A DNA stretch of 64,000 nucleotides from Opitutia bacterium (GTDB taxonomy: Bacteria > Verrucomicrobiota > Verrucomicrobiia > Opitutales > UBA953): assembly GCA_003569245.1 (NCBI GenBank), contig BGOM01000016.1, forward strand, positions 28,689 through 92,688, read 5' to 3'. This document shows, piece after piece, positions 10,401 to 18,897 of the stretch (position 1 is its first letter; the number at the start of each line of letters is the position of its first letter). The notes beneath the pieces were generated by a model, which had not been told where the DNA came from, made no database searches, and saw nothing but the letters and a program-made list of their open reading frames with translations. The position numbers were made by a program, and so were the translations under genes.

Positions 10401-12932
10401 GTCGAGCAGCAGGAGGGCGCCCGGCTTCCGCGCATCGATCCGGGAAAGGTAGCGGACCAGCTTGAGGCGTTGGGCCTCGCCGCCCGAGAGCGTCGTGAGC
10501 GGCTGGCCCATCGCGAGGTACCCGAGGCCGACCTCCTCGAGGCAGGCGAGCTGGGCGGAGGCCGGCGTGCGTTCGCCGAGGAACTTCCGCGCCTCGGTCA
10601 CCGACATCGCGAGCAGGTCGCCGACGGACTTGCCGTCGTAACGGAAGCCCAGCACCTCGTCGCGGAAACGTTGGCCCTGGCAGGAGGGGCAGGGCAGGGC
10701 GACGTCGGAGACGAACTGCATCTCCACCGTCTCCCAGCCGGCGCCGCCGCAACGCTCGCAGCGGCCTTCGCCGGCGTTGAAGGAGAAGTGCGAGGGGGTG
10801 AGCCCGGCCGCCTTCGCTTCCGGCGAGTTGCCGAGCAGCGTGCGGATCGCGTCCCAGGCGCCGACGTAGAGGGCCGGGTTCGAGCGCGGCGTCCGCGTCG
10901 CGGGCGATTGGTCGACGAGCGCGACCTCCGCCGGTTCCCGGTCGAACTTCACCCATTTCGATTCCGCCGCCTCGTCGCCGGATTCCGGGTCGCGCCGGCC
11001 GATGACCTGATGGAGGAGCGTGGACTTGCCGGAGCCCGAGACGCCGCAGAGGCCGACCAGGCGGCCGAGCGGGATCGCGCAGGCGAAGTCGCGGAGGTTG
11101 TTGACCGTCGCGCCGGCGACGCGGAGGCGCGGGGTCGTGTCACCGACCGGGCGCGGGTCGCGGGTCTCCGGTGCGCGTCGGCCCGAGAGCCAGCCGCCCG
11201 TCGCGGAGTCCTTGACCTTGAGGATGCCCTGCGGAGGGCCTTGGTAGAGGAGGTGGCCGCCTTCGGCCCCGGGGCGCGGCCCGATCTCGATCAGCCAATC
11301 CGCGGCGCGCATGACGGACTCGTCGTGCTCGACGACCACCACGGTATTGCCCTGCGCGACGAGGCCGCGGAGGATGCCCACCATGCGCGACAGGTCCCGC
11401 GCATGCATCCCCACGCTCGGTTCGTCGAGGACGAAGACGGTGTCCGCGAGGCAGGCGCCCAGGCAGGAGGTGAGGTTGACGCGCTGCACCTCGCCGCCGG
11501 AGAGCGTGCGCGAGAGGCGGTCGAGCGCGAGGTAGCCCAGGCCGACGGCCTCCAGGTAGCCGAGGCGGGCGAGGATGGCCTCGAGGGCGTGGTCGGCCGG
11601 GTGGCGCGAATCCTTGGGCGCGAGCGGCGCGAGCAGCGTGCGCAACTCGGTCACGGGCAGGGCGTAGAGCTCGGGCAGCGTCCGGCCCTGCCAGCGCCAG
11701 CAGAGCGACTCCTCGCGGAAGCGGCGGCCGCGGCACGTCGGGCACTCCTCGTAGGCCCGCCAGCGGGAGAGGAACACACGCACGTGCATCTTGTAGGTGC
11801 TCGACTCCAGCCAGCGGAAGAACCCGCGGACGCCGTACCACTTGCTTTCCCATTCGCCGGGGACGTACGTGGGGTCGCCCTCCTCGATGAGCCGACGCTG
11901 CGCGGCCGTCAGCTTCTTCCAGGGCACGTCCATCGGGATGCCCGCTTTCCGGCACGCCTTGGCGAGGTCGCGCTGGCTCTCGCCGTAGACCGTCCCTTGG
12001 AACGGGGCGATGGCGCCTTCGGCCAGCGTCAGCGTCGGGTCGGGGATGATCTTCTTCCAGTCGAGGCCGATGACCCGGCCGAAGCCGCGGCAGGCCGGGC
12101 ACGCCCCGACGGGCGAGTTGAAGGAGAAGAGCGCGGGCGACGCCGGGCGGAATTTCCGTCCGTCCACGGGCGACTCGAGCAGCTCGCTGTAGCGCGCCAC
12201 CTCGGCGCCGGCTTCGTCCAGGATCCGCAGGCGCCCGCCGCCGAGCCGGAACGCCGCGAGCGCGGCCTCGTGGAAACGCGCGGCTTCGGCCGGGGCGACC
12301 GTCACGCGGTCCTGCACCACCAGCAGCTCGGCCGCCTCGGCGGGGATGGGCTCCTCGCCGAGGCGTAGCCGTCGGTCGGCGACATAGGCGCGGTTGAAGC
12401 CCGCCTTCACGAATTCGTCCGCCACCGTCGCCCACGCGAGGTCGGCGGGCTTCGCGACCGCGAAGGTCAGCGTCACGGGTCGGCCGGCCTGGCGGGCCAG
12501 GCAATCTTCCCAGGCGGCCGCGGGTCCGCGCGGCGCGAGCGGCTGGCCGGAAGCCGGGTCGATGAGCTGCGCCCGGTGCGCGAACCACACCTTGAACCAA
12601 TCGCACAGCTCCGTCATCGTCCCGACGGTCGAGCGCGAGGTCCGCACGGCGTTGCCTTGCTTGATCGCCACGGACGGACGGACGTTCTCGGCGGAGTCCA
12701 GCGCGGGCGCCGGGAGCAGCTCGAGGAATTGGCGGACGTAAGGGCTGAAGGTCTCGACGTAGCGACGCTGCCCTTCCGCGTGGAGGGTGTCGAAGACGAG
12801 CGAGGACTTGCCCGCGCCGCTGAGGCCCGTGACCACCACCAGCCGGCCGACGGGGATATCGAGGTCGAACCCTTTCAGGTTATTCTGGCGGACTCCGCGG
12901 AGGCGAATGGCGTCGGGTCGGGGGGCGGACAT
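7416..12932 (-). CDS. Tandem-duplicated (covalently fused) UvrA-family ABC ATPase, 1838 aa
   Basis: Two complete UvrA-like units in one frame (N-unit ~10107..12932, C-unit 7419..10106). Four Walker A motifs (GLSGAGKSS, GVSGSGKST, GVSGSGKSS, GVSGAGKST), four LSGGE signatures, four CxxC..CxxC zinc modules and 'FDTLHAEGQRRY'/'FDILFAEGQRRF'. Start set to ATG 12932 (MSAPRPDAIRLRGV), which avoids overlap with the upstream gene. Confidence 0.85.
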   Translation of the reverse strand: MSAPRPDAIRLRGVRQNNLKGFDLDIPVGRLVVVTGLSGAGKSSLVFDTLHAEGQRRYVETFSPYVRQFLELLPAPALDSAENVRPSVAIKQGNAVRTSRSTVGTMTELCDWFKVWFAHRAQLIDPASGQPLAPRGPAAAWEDCLARQAGRPVTLTFAVAKPADLAWATVADEFVKAGFNRAYVADRRLRLGEEPIPAEAAELLVVQDRVTVAPAEAARFHEAALAAFRLGGGRLRILDEAGAEVARYSELLESPVDGRKFRPASPALFSFNSPVGACPACRGFGRVIGLDWKKIIPDPTLTLAEGAIAPFQGTVYGESQRDLAKACRKAGIPMDVPWKKLTAAQRRLIEEGDPTYVPGEWESKWYGVRGFFRWLESSTYKMHVRVFLSRWRAYEECPTCRGRRFREESLCWRWQGRTLPELYALPVTELRTLLAPLAPKDSRHPADHALEAILARLGYLEAVGLGYLALDRLSRTLSGGEVQRVNLTSCLGACLADTVFVLDEPSVGMHARDLSRMVGILRGLVAQGNTVVVVEHDESVMRAADWLIEIGPRPGAEGGHLLYQGPPQGILKVKDSATGGWLSGRRAPETRDPRPVGDTTPRLRVAGATVNNLRDFACAIPLGRLVGLCGVSGSGKSTLLHQVIGRRDPESGDEAAESKWVKFDREPAEVALVDQSPATRTPRSNPALYVGAWDAIRTLLGNSPEAKAAGLTPSHFSFNAGEGRCERCGGAGWETVEMQFVSDVALPCPSCQGQRFRDEVLGFRYDGKSVGDLLAMSVTEARKFLGERTPASAQLACLEEVGLGYLAMGQPLTTLSGGEAQRLKLVRYLSRIDARKPGALLLLDEPTTGLHREDVARLIGLLHRLTEAGHSLVVVEHHLDVLKACDWLLEMGPEAGPAGGRLVAEGPPAAVAQAGTVTGRFLARGDDAFAAAATGPAAPRPTAISLRGAREHNLRDVSLEIPHGSLTVMTGVSGSGKSSLAFDILFAEGQRRFLECVSAYARQFVEQLPKPDIDALTGLPPTVAIEQRVTRGSAKSTVATVTEVAQYLRVLFARAGVLHSPTTGEPLEEMTEDAVVRLIARKAKALKKGALLLAAPLVRSRKGHHRPLAEWAETKGLRVLRCDGRLLKVDGFAGLDRYAEHDVDAVFGELRADGLIRRPDETEESGEKALRALVRQTLAAGKNACVLLGPDGRQVAYLSTSRSDPATGESFPEVDPKHLSWNSPRGWCPDCRGHGREVATFSSDEEESINENAIADRVGEEVCPTCQGERLGPIGRSVKLAGPKGRSLSLPGLLRLQPDESLAFLSGLRLAPREQAIVGALLPEIAARLRFLDSVGLGYLALDRGADTLSGGEAQRIRLAAQLGSTLSGALYVLDEPSIGLHPRDNDRLIGSLKGLRDRGNTVLVVEHDEDTMRAADLVVDLGPGAGVHGGRIVAQGTAAALEKQTDSVTGRFLKEAIPHPLRGARRPVAGKGAPAAWVRLKQASLRNLKGFDVELPVGRLTVVCGVSGAGKSTLVTDLLAPAIRAALAKKKDGLTGKEALAAVAHEGKPAFATLSGLKGFRQLVVVDQEPIGKTPRSTPATYVGAWDLIRERLASLPEAAIRGHGAGFFSFNTSGGRCEACSGAGRIKLEMSFLPDTYVPCEECAGTRYGAAAKAIRWNGKSAADLLAMTFEEAAAFLSFDAKLGDLCGLMVKTGLGYLTLGQSSPTLSGGEAQRLKLVSELAQGLPTFRERSRGEIRPNLYILEEPTIGLHQSDCRRLIELLHALVDQGHTVVVIEHHPDVLAEADWILEIGPEGGNAGGRLVHAGDPESLAAHRKSPTAPALAETLRRGRIKPLS

Positions 12933-12978
12933 CGGACCGTTCAACGGAAGGGAAACCGCGGGCTTGGCAAACCCGCGC

Positions 12979-13554
12979 TCAGTTTCCGCAGTCCATCCAG
13001 CCGGCGGGCGTGACCAACGCGTGCAGGGCGAGGTCGTGCGGCTCCGTCGGGACGACGTCGAGGACCTGCTGGGCGTAGGCGAAGCCGATGCGCCGGCAAC
13101 CGGCGGGCAGGCGCGCGAGCAGGCGGTCGTAGTGACCGCCGCCATGGCCGAGCCGCCCACCGCGGCGATCGAAGCCCAGTCCCGGGACCACGATGAGCTC
13201 CGGCTGGTCCGGCGGCAGGATCGGACGATCGTCGGCGGGTTCCCGCACGCCTTGCGCCGAAAGCACCAGCGGGGTATCCGCGGCGACGACCCGCAAGGTC
13301 ACGCCCGCCGCGTCCACCCGCGGCAGCGCGACCGTCTTGCCGGCCGCATGGGCGGCGGCGCGGAGGGCGGCGGTGTCCAGTTCGGCGCCGTAGGCTTGAT
13401 AAAGAGCCACCACGCGGGCGGCCCGCCAGGCGGCGGAAGCGAGCATGCCGGCGGTGGCGGCGTCCGCGGCGACGCGACGTTCGTCCGCGCTCAGCGCGCG
13501 CCGCGCGGCCAGCAGCGTCGTGCGCAGCCGCGCCTTGAGCTCCCGCGTCTCCAT
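12979..13554 (-). CDS. 5-formyltetrahydrofolate cyclo-ligase
   Basis: 191 aa. 'VVPGLGFDRRGGRLGHGGGHYDRLL' matches the family motif (vPg.aFd..G.RlG.GgG.YDr). Confidence 0.85.
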   Translation of the reverse strand: METRELKARLRTTLLAARRALSADERRVAADAATAGMLASAAWRAARVVALYQAYGAELDTAALRAAAHAAGKTVALPRVDAAGVTLRVVAADTPLVLSAQGVREPADDRPILPPDQPELIVVPGLGFDRRGGRLGHGGGHYDRLLARLPAGCRRIGFAYAQQVLDVVPTEPHDLALHALVTPAGWMDCGN

Positions 13555-13558
13555 GCGC

Positions 13559-14488
13559 TCAGAAAAGCCGGTTGAGCGTGAGAGTCAACAGGACGACCGG
13601 GAGGTACAGGATCGAGGCGAGGAAGAAAGGCTTCGCGACTTCGGCCCGGCGGTGCGGCAAGGCGAAATCCAGGCTGAGCTTGAAGAACCAGATGCCGGCC
13701 ACCAGCGAGACCCAGAGGAACGGGCTGGCCCAGCCGCGGAGCGTGCCGGCGGCTTCGGCGGGGGCGAAGAACGTCATCGCGAGGCGGCCGGCCACGAAGA
13801 GCATCGGGATGATGAACGCGGTGGACCAGAGCGCGGCGGTGCGCCCCGAGGGATCGGTCACCGTCGCCACCTTGAAGCCGCCGCGCGCGTAGTCCTCGCG
13901 GCACATGACCGCCAAGGCCATGAAGTGCGGGATCTGCCAGCAGAAGAGCAGGGCGAAGAGCAACCATCCCATCGGGTCGATGTCGCCGTGGGGCCGGCCT
14001 TGGCCGAGCTTGGCCGCGGTGCCGATGATGGGTGGAATGGCGCCGGGCAGGGAGCCCACCAAGGTACACCAGGAAGTGACGGACTTGAGCGGGGTGTAGA
14101 GCAGCAGGTAGCTCACGACGGTCGCGAGCGTGAGGAAGCCCGCCAGCGCGTTGGCCCCCAGCCAGACCAAGGTCACGCCGGCCGTGGCCAGCGCGCCACC
14201 GAAGAGCAGCACGGCGCCCGGGTGGATCAGCCGGGCGGGGATGGGGCGATGCTTCGTGCGCTCCATGCGGGCGTCGGCCTCGCTTTCCCACCACATGTTC
14301 AGCGCCCCGCAACCGCCGGCGGCCAGCGCCGTACCCACGGCGAGCGCGACGAGCGTCCGGGCCTCCGTCGGCCCATGCGGGTCGCTGCAGAAATAACCCG
14401 CGAGCGCCGTCAGGACGGAGAGGAACGACAACCGGGGCTTGGTCAGCTCCAGGAAGGCGGCGGGGACGGAGCCGGCGCGTGCGTTCAT
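13559..14488 (-). CDS. ctaB: Protoheme IX farnesyltransferase (heme O synthase)
   Basis: UbiA-type polytopic protein: 'LELTKPRLSFLSVLTALAGY', 'NMWWESEADARMERTKHRP', 'FCWQIPHFMALA'. Start moved to ATG 14488. Confidence 0.85.
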   Translation of the reverse strand: MNARAGSVPAAFLELTKPRLSFLSVLTALAGYFCSDPHGPTEARTLVALAVGTALAAGGCGALNMWWESEADARMERTKHRPIPARLIHPGAVLLFGGALATAGVTLVWLGANALAGFLTLATVVSYLLLYTPLKSVTSWCTLVGSLPGAIPPIIGTAAKLGQGRPHGDIDPMGWLLFALLFCWQIPHFMALAVMCREDYARGGFKVATVTDPSGRTAALWSTAFIIPMLFVAGRLAMTFFAPAEAAGTLRGWASPFLWVSLVAGIWFFKLSLDFALPHRRAEVAKPFFLASILYLPVVLLTLTLNRLF

Positions 14489-14555
14489 GCTCAAGGTGGT
14501 GGCGGTTTTCGGCGAAAGGTTAAAGGCAAAACGACCTGCGGCCGGATTTCGCCGT

Positions 14556-15497
14556 TCAGACGTCGCCGAGGGCGCCCTCGCGGCGGTGCGCCAGCAGGGT
14601 GCCGGCGACCACCAGCGAGAAGAGGGCGGCCCCGCTGACGAGGTGCACCGTACGGACATGCGGATTCTGCGGCAGCTGGATCGCGAGGATGCCCAGCGTG
14701 AGCTGGAGCGCGAGCAGGGTGGCGATGCCGCCGCCGAACCGGCGTCCGCCCCGCAGCAGGGCGAGGGCGAAGGCCCCGACGGCCAGGGCGGCGAGCAGGG
14801 CGCCCGAGCGGTGCAGGAAATTGAACCACCAGAGCGCGCCCGTGCCCTGCGCGGGGACGAACCAGTCGACCGGGGAGCCGCCGCTCACCCAGGTGGTGAG
14901 GCGGTTCTGGCGCATCAGGGCCCCGGCGAGGATCACCGCGAGCGTCAGGCCGGCCGCCCAGCGGCCGAGACGACGGGTCGCGGCGCCCGCGCTCGCGGCG
15001 GTGTCCGCCCAGCCCCGCGTGTGACCGAGCGCGATGGCGGCAAGCAGGGCGATGGTCAGCTGGGCGTTGACGGCGTGGGCCACCGCGAAGGCGACGGCCT
15101 TGAAGTTACCCTCCCCGCCGACATTGAGTTTGTCGAGCAGCACGCGCAGTCCGCCGAGCCCGCCCTGGAGGAGGACGAGGGCGAGCAAGCCGTAGGCGGC
15201 GAGGCGGACGAGCCGCCGCGGTTCGCGGCGCGCGTGCGCGACGGCGAGGGCGACGATGAGAAGGCCCAGGCCGGTCGCCGCGAGCCGGTGCGAATGCTCC
15301 GCGAACTTGTCGATCTCGGTGAGCCAGCCCGGGGGGTTGACCGAGCCGTTCGAGAGCGGCCAGTCGAGGAAGGCCATGCCCGCCTGGATGCTCGTCGTGA
15401 AGCCGCCGGCCTGCAGGACCAGGACCGCCCAGAGCAGCGTCGCCCAGCACAGCCCCAGGAGGAGCCGGTCCGGTCGGGTGCGGGCGGGAGCGGTCAT
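14556..15497 (-). CDS. ctaA: Heme A synthase (COX15/CtaA family)
   Basis: 313-aa polytopic protein with 'DWPLSNG', 'EHSHRLAA' and a C-terminal 'HLVSGA' His motif. Directly upstream of ctaB. Confidence 0.75.
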   Translation of the reverse strand: MTAPARTRPDRLLLGLCWATLLWAVLVLQAGGFTTSIQAGMAFLDWPLSNGSVNPPGWLTEIDKFAEHSHRLAATGLGLLIVALAVAHARREPRRLVRLAAYGLLALVLLQGGLGGLRVLLDKLNVGGEGNFKAVAFAVAHAVNAQLTIALLAAIALGHTRGWADTAASAGAATRRLGRWAAGLTLAVILAGALMRQNRLTTWVSGGSPVDWFVPAQGTGALWWFNFLHRSGALLAALAVGAFALALLRGGRRFGGGIATLLALQLTLGILAIQLPQNPHVRTVHLVSGAALFSLVVAGTLLAHRREGALGDV

Positions 15498-15579
15498 GCG
15501 TCCATCAGACGAGGCCGCCGCGCGGGCGCAAATCCGATTCGAAGCCGTCCGCGCTCTTAAGCGGGGACGATGGGGCCCA

Positions 15580-15993
15580 TCAGCCGCCCGCGGCGCGACC
15601 GAACGCCCGGATCTTGGCGACCAGGTTGGTCAGGCCGTTGCGGCGGTTGGGCGAGAGATGCTGGGTGATCCCGACCGCGGCGAGGAACTCCGCGTCGGTG
15701 GCGGCCACCTCGGCGGGGCTGGCGCCGTCGTAGAACTCGCAGACCAGCGTCGCCACGCCCTTGGTGATCAGGGAGTCCGCGTCGCAGCGGAAACGGCACC
15801 GGCCCGCTTCGAGCGAAGGGACCAGCCAGAGGTTGGAGGTGCACCCTTCGACCAGGAAGGCGTCCAGCTTGAGTTCCGCGGCCAGCGCGGGCGCCGACTT
15901 GGCCCGGTCGATGACATACTGGAAACGTTCGTGGTGGTCGCCGAACGGCTCCAGTTCGGCGATGAGTTGGGCGCGGCGCGCGGCGAGATCCAT
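15580..15993 (-). CDS. sufE: SufE-family cysteine desulfuration/sulfur acceptor protein
   Basis: 137 aa. 'VEGCTSNLWLV' active-site Cys motif and 'LSPNRRNGL'. Confidence 0.8.
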   Translation of the reverse strand: MDLAARRAQLIAELEPFGDHHERFQYVIDRAKSAPALAAELKLDAFLVEGCTSNLWLVPSLEAGRCRFRCDADSLITKGVATLVCEFYDGASPAEVAATDAEFLAAVGITQHLSPNRRNGLTNLVAKIRAFGRAAGG

Positions 15994-15999
15994 GGGCGC

Positions 16000-17802
16000 T
16001 CAGCGACCTTCGAGCGCGGCGGCGTCGAGGCCGGGCCGGATCAGGGTTTGCAGCGCGGTCTCCAGCTTGAGCGCCTGGGCCGCGGGTAACTTGGCTTCGG
16101 TACGCAGCCAGGACAGGGCCTCCTGCCAGACCAGCGGGGAAGGCCGGCGCAGGGTCTGCAGGTACTCCAGCTCATCGGACATCGACTTGCGGCTGCCGTA
16201 GGCGTCGGTCAGGCCGGCCAGGAGCCGGGCCCGCACGTAATCCGCGCGGAGTTGGGAGTGGTTCGGGTGGACCTGCACACCGGCCTCGAGGATCCGGACG
16301 GCGGCTTCCGAGGCGCGGATCACGCGCAGGTGGCGGCCGACGGACCGATAGGCTTCGGGACCGAGGTCCTTGGCCCGCAGGAACTCCGCGAGGTAGCGGT
16401 CGCCGATGTCGCGCTCGCGCTTGGCGGTCGCCTCATCGGGCTTGTTGCGGGCGTAGTGCGCGATACCGACGATGGCTTGGATGAGCGGACGGTTGGAATG
16501 GAAGAAGGCCGGGTCGGCGGCGGAAACCTGCTGGTGCTGGGCGATCACCTGATCGGGCAGGCCGGCGTTGAGCAGGGCCTCCAGGTGCAGGGCCGCGAAG
16601 GTCGCGCTTTCGAAACCGCGGGCGGCGGCGACGCTCGTGAGGGCGGCGGTGAGGCCGTCGTAGCCTTTCTCGGCCGCGTAGTTGGCCAAGGCGATCATGG
16701 CCCCCGAGTTGGTCTCGAACTTGGCTTTGATCGTCTGCAGTTCCTTTTCGTACTCATCCTTCAACCCGAGCTTGTCCAGCAACTGCAGGCGCTGGATGCG
16801 AGGGAAGGGGGCCTTCTCGTTGAGCGCGATCCGTTCCTGGTTCACCGAAAGGGCCATCCGGGTCTGGCCGAGCAGGATATGGAAACGGGTTTGCTGGGAG
16901 AGGATGGCGTCCCGGGCGGTGGGGTCCTTGACGGCGCCGCCCTTGGTTTCCAAGAGCGTGAGTCCCTCTTGGGTCTTGCCGCCGTCGAAGAGCGCCTTGG
17001 CTTTGAGCAGTAGACCATTGGGGAAGTTATCCAAGTTGTTTATGGTGATGGTTTTGACGCAATCAGGGTACTTGCCGGACCAGTACTGGGAGGTCGCCGT
17101 GGCCAGGGCGATGGCCTCGCGCGTGGCTTGGGGTAGGTCTTTCCCGACCCGGAGGAGTTTCAATCCTTGATCGATTACTTCGCTGTCGCGTTCTTTTAAC
17201 TGAAGGAACTGGAAATAGCGTTCCAAGTAGTCCCGACCCAGTTTATCGTTAATTTCGAGGAATTCCAGGCCGTGACGCATGGTCTGGATGGCGTCATCGG
17301 TCCGCCCCAACTTACCGTGTAAGAAGTTGGCGTAGAAGAGTTTAGCCTTGGGGTTGGCGGGATTGCAGCGCACGGCGATCTCGGCCAGGCGCAGGGTTTC
17401 GCTCGGCTTATCGGCCGCTTGGGCCTCCATGGCCCGGTCGAGAAAGAATTCCGCCAACTTCGAAAGGTGTTCCTGGCGAATCTGGAGGGCCTTCTCGGGC
17501 TGATCCTCGATCCTGGATAAAGCGAGTTGGACGAACTGGCGCAGGAGGGTGTCCTTGACCAATTCCGCCCGGATATAGGTCTTACGGGCGTAGGAGGATA
17601 CCAACTCGGGGGTCTTTCCCGCCGGCAAACCCGTCAAAAAGATGATTTCCCCGTCCGAATCATCCTCTTTGGCGGTCGGGGCGGGCTTGGCCGACGAAGC
17701 AGGCGCCGGGGAGGGCGGGGCAGGAGTCGGCGTGGGGTCAGCTGCCAGACCGAGGCCCGGGAGTCCAAGGGCTAGTGCGAGCAGCAGGTGCGGACGGGAC
17801 AT
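16000..17802 (-). CDS. Secreted all-helical TPR-like repeat protein (function unknown)
   Basis: Start moved to ATG 17802 (MSRPHLLLALALGLPGLGLAA signal peptide, then a Pro/Ala-rich linker). The rest is helical repeat-like with no catalytic motif recognised. Confidence 0.6.
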   Translation of the reverse strand: MSRPHLLLALALGLPGLGLAADPTPTPAPPSPAPASSAKPAPTAKEDDSDGEIIFLTGLPAGKTPELVSSYARKTYIRAELVKDTLLRQFVQLALSRIEDQPEKALQIRQEHLSKLAEFFLDRAMEAQAADKPSETLRLAEIAVRCNPANPKAKLFYANFLHGKLGRTDDAIQTMRHGLEFLEINDKLGRDYLERYFQFLQLKERDSEVIDQGLKLLRVGKDLPQATREAIALATATSQYWSGKYPDCVKTITINNLDNFPNGLLLKAKALFDGGKTQEGLTLLETKGGAVKDPTARDAILSQQTRFHILLGQTRMALSVNQERIALNEKAPFPRIQRLQLLDKLGLKDEYEKELQTIKAKFETNSGAMIALANYAAEKGYDGLTAALTSVAAARGFESATFAALHLEALLNAGLPDQVIAQHQQVSAADPAFFHSNRPLIQAIVGIAHYARNKPDEATAKRERDIGDRYLAEFLRAKDLGPEAYRSVGRHLRVIRASEAAVRILEAGVQVHPNHSQLRADYVRARLLAGLTDAYGSRKSMSDELEYLQTLRRPSPLVWQEALSWLRTEAKLPAAQALKLETALQTLIRPGLDAAALEGR

Positions 17803-17969
17803 AGACCCCGACTCTGGCCGTTGGGCGGAAATTGTCCCGCATAAAAGAAAGGTCGGCGACCCGGGCCCGCACCCCCCGTAAAGAAACCTTAAAACCAAAG
17901 CACTTTCCGCTTGCATGAGGGGCTTCGACCCCTATGCCCAAACCCTCTTTTCCCTATTTACCGAGGTCC

Positions 17970-18353
17970 ATGCCTACCATCAACCAGCTCGTCCGCAAGC
18001 CGCGGATCCAACCCAAGGCCAAGTCCAAGTCGCCGGCCTTGAACAACTCCCCCTTCCGCCGCGGCGTCTGCGTCCAGGTCATGATCCGCACGCCGAAGAA
18101 GCCGAACTCGGCCCAACGCAAGTGCGCCAAGGTGCGCCTGACGAACGGCCAGGAAGTCATCACCTACATCCCCGACGAAGGCCATAAGCTCCAGGAGCAC
18201 TCCGTCGTCCTCGTCCGCGGCGGCCGCGTGAAGGACCTCCCGGGCGTCCGCTACCACATCGTCCGCGGCCCCCTCGACTGCTCCGGCGTCGAGAAGCGCC
18301 GTCGCTCCCGCTCCAAGTACGGCGTCAAGCGCCCGAAGGAGAAGAAGGCCTAA
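17970..18353 (+). CDS. rpsL: 30S ribosomal protein S12
   Basis: [12 protein letters not shown]... is the canonical S12 N-terminus. Start moved from 17934. Confidence 0.97.
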   Translation: MPTINQLVRKPRIQPKAKSKSPALNNSPFRRGVCVQVMIRTPKKPNSAQRKCAKVRLTNGQEVITYIPDEGHKLQEHSVVLVRGGRVKDLPGVRYHIVRGPLDCSGVEKRRRSRSKYGVKRPKEKKA

Positions 18354-18382
18354 TCCGTTTCCGCACCCAACTCCCTTAGACC

Positions 18383-18856
18383 ATGTCTCGTCGTCGCAAA
18401 GCAGCCAAGCGCGCCCACCTCCCGGACGCCCGTTACGGCTCCCCCCTCGTCAGCCAGCTCATCAACGTCGTGATGAAGTCCGGCAAGAAGTCCATCGCCC
18501 AGGGCATCGTCTACGGCGCGATCGAGAAGGTCAGCGAGAAGCTGATGAAGGGCAACCCCGTCGAGCTGCTGCTCGGCGCCCTCGAGAACTGCCGCCCGAA
18601 GCTGGAGGTCAAGAGCCGCCGCGTCGGTGGCGCCACCTACCAGGTCCCCGTCGAGGTCAGCCACGAGCGCCAGAACAGCATCGCGCTGCGCTGGGTCGTC
18701 GCCGCCGCCGCCGGCCGCAAGGGCACCACGATGTCCGAGGCGCTCGCCGCCGAGGTCGTCGACGCCTACAACAACACCGGCAACGTGGTGAAGAAGCGCG
18801 AAGAGACGCACAAGATGGCCCAGGCCAACCGTGCCTTCGCCCACCTGAAGTGGTAA
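18383..18856 (+). CDS. rpsG: 30S ribosomal protein S7
   Basis: 157 aa: MSRRRKAAKR...KSGKKS.A..I...VEVKSRRVGGATYQVPVEV. Confidence 0.97.
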   Translation: MSRRRKAAKRAHLPDARYGSPLVSQLINVVMKSGKKSIAQGIVYGAIEKVSEKLMKGNPVELLLGALENCRPKLEVKSRRVGGATYQVPVEVSHERQNSIALRWVVAAAAGRKGTTMSEALAAEVVDAYNNTGNVVKKREETHKMAQANRAFAHLKW

Positions 18857-18897
18857 TCCGTCCCCTCCCGACCTCCGCCTGATTCCCGGTCCCGACC

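Noticed and set aside
8992-10956. Same-strand off-frame ORFs inside real genes, e.g. 8992..10956 and 11140..12606 in the UvrA fusion, 146..1309 in nnr, 2767..4062, 5145..6368, 42294..44228 and 50210..51046
   Set aside because: These are Arg/Pro/Gly-rich translations typical of frame +1/+2 of GC-rich coding sequence. The main frame carries the family motifs.
12933-13160. N-terminal 76 codons of the ORF-track version of the UvrA gene. Similar upstream extensions exist for ctaB 14489..14659, the TPR gene 17803..17916, rpsL 17934..17969, secY 30737..30877, rpsM 33188..33256, rpoA 34559..34954, tuf 61233..61325, secE 62638..62697, glnN 52728..52787, hemY 51562..52173, the paralogue 7385..7588, DUF362-like 48785..48844 and MFS 48829..48867
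   Set aside because: The extensions overlap neighbouring genes, tRNAs or promoters, are compositionally off, and precede an in-frame ATG that yields the canonical N-terminus or a signal peptide.
14489-14555. 7-bp pairing GGCGAAA...TTTCGCC in the ctaA-ctaB spacer, considered as a regulatory hairpin
   Set aside because: The stem is short, the loop is ~29 nt and there is no U-tract. It is indistinguishable from chance in GC-rich DNA.
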